From positions 32,001 to 96,000 of IMG/VR virus record IMGVR_UViG_3300025005_000002: DNA of 64,000 nt. One strand, given 5' to 3'. Under the pieces are notes generated by a model that saw nothing but the letters and a program-made list of their open reading frames with translations, made no database searches and was not told the DNA's origin. Each line of letters starts with the position of its first letter. Within the stretch, counting starts at the first letter, position 1. Position numbers and translations under genes: made by a program. Below are positions 28,783 through 36,568 of this stretch, piece after piece. Source of the DNA: a virus.

Positions 28783-30462
28783 ATGGATGATAATGCAAAA
28801 CTGATGGAGGCCTTGGAGGTTATGAAGAAAAACCTCATTGAGGCCAAAAAAGTTATTATGGCACAAGAAGAGGTTTTGGATCAATTTCGTACCCCCCCCT
28901 TTCTTCAAGGTATCGTTATTGGTGGCGTTACTGGGCAGATAGAGTGGTCTAAGTTTGTTAAGGGTTTAAAGGTAAAACTTCGTAGGGATTCCAGTTTTGC
29001 CCATCAGAGTACAGTCCCCGGAGTAATACAAAAGATTGATGAGAGTGGTTGGGCTCAAGTCTTGTGGGATAACGGTAGTTCTAATTCGTATCGTACCGGT
29101 AAACCTGGGACTGACGAAGGTGTATGTGACCTTGAATTTGCTGAAAATTCACTTGGTGAAGAAATTTGTGTGCTTGAGGGTTCGTCGGTGCATTATGCCC
29201 AAAAGCCATATATTAGGGTAGAATTAGGCGATACGGTAACTCTAAATCCGATGACGAAGCAGGTAATTGGTGTCGTGGCTCCGGTGATATCTGGGGAGAT
29301 CCGATATGTTAATAAGGTGATATCAGATGAATTGGTGGAAGTCTCTCACCAGGATGCATCCAAAGTAGTACTCACTGGGAAATTTGCCAAAAAGATGGAA
29401 AAAGGGGACCGTGTTATTGTCGATAATACTGCAACAATTGTCCTGAACAACCTGGGAAAGGACGAGACAAAGTTTGAGGTTAAAACTTCATCAATGTCAA
29501 TCAACTGGGATGATATTGGTGGGTTGGAAGATGCAAAGAGAGAGATGGTCGAAATTGTGGAACTTCCTCATAAGTATAGCAATTTATATAAGTTTTATAA
29601 CAAGAAACCGGCAAAAGGGATCTTGTTGTGGGGCCCTCCTGGTTGTGGTAAGACCATGCTTGGAAAAGCAGCAGCTACTGCAATGGCTGCTATTCATAAG
29701 CAGAATGGCAATGGAAGCGGATTTCACTATATCAAGGGACCCGAGATCCTGGACAAATATGTGGGTGTGGCAGAGGCCACAATTCGCAGGATCTTCGAAA
29801 ATGCCAAAAAACACAAGGCTAAGAACGGGTTCCCTGCTGTAGTATTTATTGACGAAGCCGACGCCATCCTAGCTAGGCGTGGTTCTGGTATCAGTTCGGA
29901 CATAAATAATACCATCGTCCCGATGTTTTTGGCGGAGATGGATGGTATGGAAGAGTCTGGTGCACTGGTATTGCTTGCGACCAATAGGGCCGATGTACTT
30001 GATCCCGCAGTAACACGTGATGGGCGAATTGACAGGAAGATAAAAGTCACAAGGCCTACAGTGAAGTCTGCTGCTGAGATTTTTATGATCGCCTTAAAGG
30101 GCGTTCCCACCAATAAGGATATACCTAAGGTGGTACTCTCACAGAAGGCTTCTGAATCATTGTTTTCCGATACCAGAATATTATATGAGATTCGTACTAA
30201 AAGGGGTGGCATGATTCCGTTCACACTTAAGCAATTGGTGAATGGGGGGATGGTGGTCGGTATTGTGGATCAAGCGATTTCAATCGCTATCCACAAAGAC
30301 ATTAAGAGGTCAGCAAAGACTGGGGTATGTGAAGAGGATATAATGATGGCGATTGACAAGATTGAGGCACAGAACTGTGGGCTCAATCATAACACTGAAT
30401 TGGAAGAAGTTGTTGCTGGTTTTCGTGAAGATGTTACAAATATTATTCCTATAAGGAGGTAA
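28783..30462 (+). CDS. arc: ARC/Mpa-type proteasomal AAA+ ATPase
   Basis: N-terminal coiled coil ending TPP; WDDIGGL; Walker A GPPGCGKT; IKGPEILDKYVG; Walker B FIDE; RGSGISSDINNTIVPMFLAEMDG closely follows the ARC/Mpa consensus; RDGRID. Likely start ATG 28783. Confidence 0.88.
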   Translation: MDDNAKLMEALEVMKKNLIEAKKVIMAQEEVLDQFRTPPFLQGIVIGGVTGQIEWSKFVKGLKVKLRRDSSFAHQSTVPGVIQKIDESGWAQVLWDNGSSNSYRTGKPGTDEGVCDLEFAENSLGEEICVLEGSSVHYAQKPYIRVELGDTVTLNPMTKQVIGVVAPVISGEIRYVNKVISDELVEVSHQDASKVVLTGKFAKKMEKGDRVIVDNTATIVLNNLGKDETKFEVKTSSMSINWDDIGGLEDAKREMVEIVELPHKYSNLYKFYNKKPAKGILLWGPPGCGKTMLGKAAATAMAAIHKQNGNGSGFHYIKGPEILDKYVGVAEATIRRIFENAKKHKAKNGFPAVVFIDEADAILARRGSGISSDINNTIVPMFLAEMDGMEESGALVLLATNRADVLDPAVTRDGRIDRKIKVTRPTVKSAAEIFMIALKGVPTNKDIPKVVLSQKASESLFSDTRILYEIRTKRGGMIPFTLKQLVNGGMVVGIVDQAISIAIHKDIKRSAKTGVCEEDIMMAIDKIEAQNCGLNHNTELEEVVAGFREDVTNIIPIRR

Positions 30463-30465
30463 GTT

Positions 30466-30693
30466 GTGAGTGCACAGGAGCAGATTAAGAAGAGGTCGCA
30501 TAAAGGCGGTGGGGGGGGCGGTTCTAATGATTTTGACGGTCTTGGGCTTGAAATGGCCGTTATCCCCGGCGTTGATGAAGTGTTACGCAATTTAGATAGT
30601 GATATTAAGAATGTTGGTGGGTTGATTAATAGGACACAGGAAAGGATTAATCAGAGACAGGACCGGCGTCCTTCGCATAATTGTGAATGTTAA
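30466..30693 (+). CDS. Pup-like small protein (no C-terminal GGE/Q; ends CEC)
   Basis: MSAQEQIKKRSHKGGGGGGSNDFD versus Pup MAQEQTKRGGGGGDDDD; VDEVLRNLDSDI versus TDDLLDEIDDVL; RBS AGGAGGT directly after arc. Confidence 0.6.
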   Translation: MSAQEQIKKRSHKGGGGGGSNDFDGLGLEMAVIPGVDEVLRNLDSDIKNVGGLINRTQERINQRQDRRPSHNCEC

Positions 30694-30709
30694 TTTTGGA
30701 GGTGGCACA

Positions 30710-31045
30710 ATGTTTAATGGGCTGCTTGTTTGTTTAATACTGGCTGGTGCGGTGGCATCAATTTCTTGCTCCATTAGTAAGGCTGGGGTTATGAGACCCA
30801 TCAGGCAATGGGTCCGTAAAAAGAATGCATGGCTTGGTAAACTTGTGTCCTGTGTATATTGTACTAGCCACTGGATATCAGCGATATTAGTTATAATTTA
30901 TAGGCCAATCCCGTTGCGTTTAGTACAACCAATTGATTCAATAGTTGCCATATTTTTGATAGTGACTATGGCAGCTGGGATGATTTATTGGATTGATTGG
31001 TCTATTGGTTTTCAACCAGATCCACCACAAGAGGGTAATCAATGA
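30710..31045 (+). CDS. DUF1360-like membrane protein
   Basis: Hydrophobic helices with LVSCVYCTSHW (CxxC-x-x-x-W); RBS GGAGG before ATG 30710. Confidence 0.6.
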   Translation: MFNGLLVCLILAGAVASISCSISKAGVMRPIRQWVRKKNAWLGKLVSCVYCTSHWISAILVIIYRPIPLRLVQPIDSIVAIFLIVTMAAGMIYWIDWSIGFQPDPPQEGNQ

Positions 31046-31911
31046 GGGTACATCCAGATTCGGTGGTTGCTTTAAAAGAGGCCTATTTCAAGAATAAACC
31101 CGAATTATCTAGGTTTGTGGCTGGTCGTTTAAAGGTCAACAAACAAACCGTTGTTGGTGTACATGCCAAGCATTTTAAGGAGGTATGTAAGGTACTAAAA
31201 TTACCAATAAGTAAGTTAAAAAGTAGTCGTACTGTATATCGTGGAGTGTATATGGCTACAGTAGACGAATCATTTAAGTCAAAACTGAAAGATAAAAGAC
31301 AAGAAATGCGGCAAAAATATATTGAAATAGCTAGTGGTTTAAGGTCAAAAAAAGCAGTGGAACACCTAAAACATGCGATACATGATCAAGAAGCACGCAT
31401 CCACGCGATTCAAATAGATTTGGTAAATAACCTAAAAAATCTTGAGGGGAAAAATAGAGAATATAAAGTAATTTGTGAAGGTGATCAGGGTACCACAGAA
31501 AACAAAGGTGTTGAATTTGATAAGTTAATGGCTAATCCTGATATAGTAAGGATATTTATAGATGATAATTATTTTACTGTATGGACTAGACCTATTTATA
31601 TTAAGTATAATAATAAGATATATGATGTTGGTGAATTTAAAATAGTATTAGCAATTAACCCTACGGAATTTATAGTAAAAATGCGTAATTTGACCAGAAA
31701 GATTAAAGGTTATGCTCATCCACACATACGTAATAATGGGCGGCCATGTCTTGGTAATATCCAAGAATGTTTACCTCAAATGATTGCAGCACGGCAATTT
31801 GCAGCCGCTATTTTTGTATGTATTCAATATTTAAAATCAGTTAATGATAGTGGATATTATGTAAATATTCACAATTGGCCTTTAAAAATGGCAAAGAGAA
31901 GAGGGAAATAG
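31042..31911 (+). CDS. Coiled-coil plus prokaryotic E2/UBC-like conjugating domain
   Basis: HPHIRNNGRPCLG has the UBC spacing HP(N/H)I-x3-G-x2-CL including the catalytic Cys; upstream GEFKIVL strand. Confidence 0.75.
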   Translation: MRVHPDSVVALKEAYFKNKPELSRFVAGRLKVNKQTVVGVHAKHFKEVCKVLKLPISKLKSSRTVYRGVYMATVDESFKSKLKDKRQEMRQKYIEIASGLRSKKAVEHLKHAIHDQEARIHAIQIDLVNNLKNLEGKNREYKVICEGDQGTTENKGVEFDKLMANPDIVRIFIDDNYFTVWTRPIYIKYNNKIYDVGEFKIVLAINPTEFIVKMRNLTRKIKGYAHPHIRNNGRPCLGNIQECLPQMIAARQFAAAIFVCIQYLKSVNDSGYYVNIHNWPLKMAKRRGK

Positions 31912-31945
31912 GAAAGAGATATCAAGGTAAGATTGGGGTATATTA

Positions 31946-32578
31946 ATGGATACAATTCTAATGCGTCGAAAATATATAGATCTAGTTAGTGGTAATAGAT
32001 TAAATAAGATAAAGAAGCTGGAACGGTTAATGCGTGATAAAGAAGAGCACGTTGTTGCGGCCCAAATTGATTTGGTAAATTATATTAGAGATCTTGAGGA
32101 AACAAGGACTGAATACCAGGTAGCCCGTATTGATACACCAGAGTTTGCGGAAATTAAAGGTATAGAATTTGATAGATTAATGACCCATCCAGACATAGAA
32201 GGTTTATTAATAGATGAAAATTATATTACTATATTTACTGGGCCAATTTATATTGAATATCACAATAAAGTGTATGATATTGGTAAATTTAAAATTGTTT
32301 TATCAATTAATCCGAGGAATTTTATTGTAAAAATGCAAAATTTGACCAGGTCATTAAATGGTACAGCTCATCCACATGTGTATGAAAATGGAGATCCATG
32401 TCTTGGTAATATCCAAGAATGTTTACCTCAAATGATTGCAGGGTATCAATATGCAGCAGCGATTTCAGTGTGTATCCAATATTTGAAATCAGTTAATGAG
32501 GATGGTGGACATCGTTCAAAGATCACAAATTGGCCTTTAAAAAAGGCTAAGAAAGAAGAGGAAAATGACAAAAAGTAG
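31946..32578 (+). CDS. Coiled-coil plus prokaryotic E2/UBC-like conjugating domain (tandem paralog)
   Basis: HPHVYENGDPCLGNIQECLPQMIA; near-identical blocks to 31042..31911. Confidence 0.75.
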   Translation: MDTILMRRKYIDLVSGNRLNKIKKLERLMRDKEEHVVAAQIDLVNYIRDLEETRTEYQVARIDTPEFAEIKGIEFDRLMTHPDIEGLLIDENYITIFTGPIYIEYHNKVYDIGKFKIVLSINPRNFIVKMQNLTRSLNGTAHPHVYENGDPCLGNIQECLPQMIAGYQYAAAISVCIQYLKSVNEDGGHRSKITNWPLKKAKKEEENDKK

Positions 32579-33308
32579 ATATTATGATGGGTATTTAAAT
32601 GGAGATTATGGGGGTGGTTGGGATGGTATGTATGTACACACACCTGCTCCGGCCAGGCCCTTGGTACCACACGTAGCAGAAACAAAAGTGGAACGTCTGG
32701 GTGCAAATGAAATCCCAAATATCCTTATTTCTATAGAGGCCCTTCGTGATATGAATTATATCATGCAGGAGAGTGGTACTGAAGAAATATCATGGCTTGG
32801 GTCTGTGAAAGAGACTGAGAATGGTGGGTATTTAATCGAGAAAGTATTTTTATTTAAGCAATCAGTAAGTTATGAACATACCGAAATTGATCAGAACAGT
32901 GTCAGCCAATTTTATATTGACATGCTCAAGGCCAACCCAAACAACAAGGCTATGTTGAATCGTATTCTCTTCTGGGGACATGTTCATCCTGGTAGTTGGG
33001 TTGGACCATCTGCACAGGATGAGAATCAGATGGATCTGTTTGCGCACAATAAATATTTTATCCGTGGGATATTTTCCAGAGAAGGGCACTGTTCTTTCAC
33101 GTTCTTCGATTACGAACGTAAGTTGAAGATTGTTGATTGCCCATGGCAAATCGATGTTAAGGTTGGCCATGATGAAAACCGCAGGAAAGAAATCGCCAAA
33201 GAGATTAAAAAGAAGGTAACTCATGGAGGAGGGTATATATGGCAAGGGACAAAGGGGGAAGGCTGGTGGAAGGAAAAGGACAAGAGCCTGATTTCTGGCG
33301 ACAGTTAG
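32565..33308 (+). CDS. JAB/MPN+ (JAMM) metalloisopeptidase
   Basis: EEISWLG..HVHPGSWVGPSAQD fits E-x(n)-HxH-x7-S-x2-D. Confidence 0.88.
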   Translation: MTKSRYYDGYLNGDYGGGWDGMYVHTPAPARPLVPHVAETKVERLGANEIPNILISIEALRDMNYIMQESGTEEISWLGSVKETENGGYLIEKVFLFKQSVSYEHTEIDQNSVSQFYIDMLKANPNNKAMLNRILFWGHVHPGSWVGPSAQDENQMDLFAHNKYFIRGIFSREGHCSFTFFDYERKLKIVDCPWQIDVKVGHDENRRKEIAKEIKKKVTHGGGYIWQGTKGEGWWKEKDKSLISGDS

Positions 33309-33940
33309 ATATCTTTTCGCCAACGAAGTTTAAGACGCCAGTTACTGTAATTGGCGCGGGTGCTACGGGCTCATACATCACTATGCTCCTTGCCAAAATG
33401 GGATGTAAGGATATTACAGTGTATGATGATGATGGAGTAGAGAATTACAATCTACCGAATCAAATATTTAGGATTAAGGATATTGGGGCCAAAAAAGTCC
33501 ATGCTATAGCTGAAATGGTGTTGGATGCAACCGGTGTTAAGATCAAAGCAATCCCCAAAAAATTCACTGGAGGACCGTTAAAGGGAATCGTTTTTGTTCT
33601 TACTGATACTATGAAAAGTCGGAAACAGATATGGGATAAGTCAGTGAAATATCAACTAGCCGTTGATCTATTAATTGAAACCAGGATGGAGGCTGAGGGA
33701 GGGAGGATATACGTAGTTAAGCCAACAATTCCTGCGCAAGTGGAGGCGTATGAAAAAACACTCTATTCAGACGAGGAGGCTGAAGAATCTGTGTGTACAC
33801 GTCGCGCTATTGCTCCTACAGTAGACACAATCGCTGGGATGGCAGTATTCTCTATGCTCAATTTCGTTAACAACAAACCATTTCCAAATGAAATAATTTT
33901 GTCGTTGTCTCCGATGTTAATCATCAATAAAAAATTCTAA
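33239..33940 (+). CDS. E1-like ThiF/MoeB-family activating enzyme
   Basis: WRQ, VIGAGATG, VYDDD, NLPNQ, TDTMKSR and the Cys in ESVCT; no Zn-binding CxxC pairs. The true start may be slightly downstream. Confidence 0.9.
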   Translation: MARDKGGRLVEGKGQEPDFWRQLDIFSPTKFKTPVTVIGAGATGSYITMLLAKMGCKDITVYDDDGVENYNLPNQIFRIKDIGAKKVHAIAEMVLDATGVKIKAIPKKFTGGPLKGIVFVLTDTMKSRKQIWDKSVKYQLAVDLLIETRMEAEGGRIYVVKPTIPAQVEAYEKTLYSDEEAEESVCTRRAIAPTVDTIAGMAVFSMLNFVNNKPFPNEIILSLSPMLIINKKF

Positions 33941-33954
33941 GGAGGATTAGAACA

Positions 33955-34185
33955 ATGACTGAGTCTAACAAGGGTGAGAATATTATTACCATCGGCAAGA
34001 TCCCAGGTCAGCTGCATGAACTGGCAATTGATGGGAAGAAGAAGATCTGCGAGTTATTTGGTCTGATTGGGATTAAGGATTTGGGTAGCTGCGAGATCCA
34101 GAAGAACGGGAACAGCGCCGAAGTTAACGAATACGTCGAGGCCGGGGATACGGTTTTGGCGGTGGCCAAGATTCGTGGAAACTAA
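33955..34185 (+). CDS. Ubiquitin-like (beta-grasp) protein
   Basis: 76 aa; pattern IITIGKIPG..EIQKNG..VEAGDTVLAVAKIRGN; RBS AGGAGG; directly after E1. Confidence 0.8.
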   Translation: MTESNKGENIITIGKIPGQLHELAIDGKKKICELFGLIGIKDLGSCEIQKNGNSAEVNEYVEAGDTVLAVAKIRGN

Positions 34186-34909
34186 AACTGCGACGCACCC
34201 TACTAAGAGAGATAAATATGGGGTATATATAGAACTTGCTAACAATGTAGTAGAAGATTGGATAGCAAGAAAATATATCCCAACCATAAAAGAATTTGCG
34301 CCATATACAAGTAGGGATATTAAAAATATGCTGTCTGTAATTGCTTTCAGGTCTATATATGTTAAAAATATTTCGTGGGCGATTATAACCTGCGAAATAA
34401 TCCAGGATTTTGTATATGTGTGCAGAAAGCTTGGGGTAACCACATTGGTTGATGCTGGATGTGGGCATGGTGTATTGGCCCACGCATTGCGAGAAAAAGG
34501 TCTCGCGGTTGACGCTATAAACGCGGACAAAGATAAGTATCATGAAATCTACCGGTCATGGGGTAATGTTATAAGGGGGGATGCTGTTAAATTTATTGAA
34601 GAAAACGTCAATAAATTTGATGGTGTAATTTTATCATGGCCCCCATATGATGAATCTTTTGCGACAGAGGTAGTAAATGTAATGCGTACTGGTCAGTTAT
34701 TGTTTTATTGTGGTGAAGGAAGAGGTGGGTGTACTGGGGACAAATATTTTCATGGTGCTCTTGATGATTGGTATGATTGGGGCGATGATAAGGTGGAGCC
34801 TCCTCCAATAACATTTGCTTTCTTAAAAGAAGAGTCTGAGCGTATAAATAAGCATTTCTTACAATTTCTTAATATACATGATCGTTGGAGGGTTTATATT
34901 AAGAAATAA
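34175..34909 (+). CDS. Class I SAM-dependent methyltransferase-like protein
   Basis: LVDAGCGHG motif I, VILSWPPY, YCGEGRGGCTG; GTG 34175 overlaps the Ubl end. Confidence 0.75.
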   Translation: METKTATHPTKRDKYGVYIELANNVVEDWIARKYIPTIKEFAPYTSRDIKNMLSVIAFRSIYVKNISWAIITCEIIQDFVYVCRKLGVTTLVDAGCGHGVLAHALREKGLAVDAINADKDKYHEIYRSWGNVIRGDAVKFIEENVNKFDGVILSWPPYDESFATEVVNVMRTGQLLFYCGEGRGGCTGDKYFHGALDDWYDWGDDKVEPPPITFAFLKEESERINKHFLQFLNIHDRWRVYIKK

Positions 34910-35004
34910 GGAGGAGATAATGAGTGAATTGTTTTGGTATGACTTGACCTTTGTAGCAGTCATGTTGTTGGTTAATATCGGTTTATCGTACTTCTAATTT
35001 TAAC

Positions 35005-35165
35005 CCCAGTCCAAGCGCCTCCTTTCGAAGTAGGTAGCAGACGGCCTATGAGCGACCCTCCGTGGCTTGGACTGGGTGCCGTGCAATTATGGGCGGCATG
35101 CTTGTGGTGCACGGAAAGGGCGTAGTCGAAGGAGGGGTGGTGGGGTTGCCATCCCCCACCCCTCC
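35005..35165. ncRNA. Candidate GC-rich structured RNA
   Basis: Stems 35005-16/35065-76 (12 bp), 35079-85/35108-14 and 35131-40/35156-65 in an intergenic gap. Confidence 0.5.
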
Positions 35166-35183
35166 CGGTTAAATTGAAAGGAG

Positions 35184-35897
35184 ATGATAATGGCACTAGT
35201 ACTTGGGGATGTTCATGGTAGGTATGATAAGGCCAAAGCCTTTTTAGAATATAAACCAGAGATTTTACACGTTTTTGCTGGTGATTATGTCGATTCCTTT
35301 AATCAGCCCGATGCAATTATTTACGGAACATTAAAGTTGGTAATTGAGTCAGACGCAAAGTTATTGCTTGGTAATCACGATATTCATTATCTGGATGGAT
35401 CGCCATTTAGATGTTCAGGATATAGACAACACACGGCCAAATCACTTAATCAGATTTTTGAATCGTTCATCGAACGATTTGTGCCAGCTTTTGTAGAGGA
35501 TGGGTTTGTTATTATCCATGGTGGGATTTCTAATGGGTTGGGGAATAGCCTATTTAAAACAACAAACGTTACCAATATTTTAGATATAATCAATTCTGAA
35601 TGGGATTTTTTTTTAAAGAATAGAAGACACCATTACCCACAACAGAGTAGAATATTTTATATACCAAAATCTCGTGGTGGTTCTAATGGATATGGGGGGA
35701 TATTTTGGGCAGATTATCGAGATGAAGAATTTTATGGTGTCCCACAGGTATTTGGTCATTCTAAAACATCTAACGGAGTAACCCAAGTATTGTCAAACCA
35801 TTGGGCTCTTGGATGTGATGACGAGAAGTTTGAATGTTTTAATACGGCCACAAAAGAGGTGGAATATTTTGGACCCACCATTCAAGATGCAGCCTAA
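35184..35897 (+). CDS. Calcineurin-like metallophosphoesterase
   Basis: GDVHG, GDYVD, GNHD, HGG and GHS motifs. Confidence 0.9.
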   Translation: MIMALVLGDVHGRYDKAKAFLEYKPEILHVFAGDYVDSFNQPDAIIYGTLKLVIESDAKLLLGNHDIHYLDGSPFRCSGYRQHTAKSLNQIFESFIERFVPAFVEDGFVIIHGGISNGLGNSLFKTTNVTNILDIINSEWDFFLKNRRHHYPQQSRIFYIPKSRGGSNGYGGIFWADYRDEEFYGVPQVFGHSKTSNGVTQVLSNHWALGCDDEKFECFNTATKEVEYFGPTIQDAA

Positions 35898-36110
35898 GTA
35901 TAAGTTATATTTAACTAATGCGCAATTCAGTAAGTTTCAAACCAATAGAAACCAGTGTATTTATGGAACAGTATTAAGAGACGAAACAGAAACATATTAT
36001 ACTGGGATGCATATTATTACGTGCCCAATTATTAAAAAATGTGATAAACACATTTATGAAAGTAATACGATGGTATATATAATAGTAGATAAATCACTCT
36101 AGGGGGGTAT

Positions 36111-36374
36111 GTGATGGAATTTGTGTGGGAGGAAGTGTTGAATGAGATTTTATATTTGCCAGAATCTACACGATTTATGGAAATGCATGAGTTTCTGCAT
36201 CGATGGATGGAAGGTGCAGCTACCAAGATGTACGAAGAAGGATTAGGTATGAAAAAAGTACTTGATCTGCCAATTACCCAAAACGAAATTGATAATATCT
36301 TTGAAAATAGCGGATATATAATATGTAAAATATGCCGCAAGATAACAGAGGACGACCATAAATGCCAAATTTGA
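36111..36374 (+). CDS. Hypothetical protein
   Basis: RBS GGGGGG; 87 aa. Confidence 0.5.
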   Translation: MMEFVWEEVLNEILYLPESTRFMEMHEFLHRWMEGAATKMYEEGLGMKKVLDLPITQNEIDNIFENSGYIICKICRKITEDDHKCQI

Positions 36375-36568
36375 ACCCCACGGAGATGTGGCAGGTAGCC
36401 ATAGAGGTTGATACTGAGGGTACAATGGAGGATGAGGCCGCACTATTAATATTCCATATAGAAGAGATGTTGTTAAAACAAAAAATAATTACACAAAGTT
36501 TTAAAATCACCAGGGTATCTGTGGTAGATATTAATAGAATAGGGGGATAATATAACAAAGGAGGTAGC

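Noticed and set aside
28783-30462. FtsH or Cdc48
   Set aside because: There is no transmembrane or protease domain and only one AAA module; the signature segments follow ARC/Mpa.
33239-34185. ThiF/ThiS or MoeB/MoaD cofactor biosynthesis pair
   Set aside because: There are no thiamine, molybdopterin or sulfurtransferase genes. Linked E2-like and JAB genes point to protein conjugation instead.
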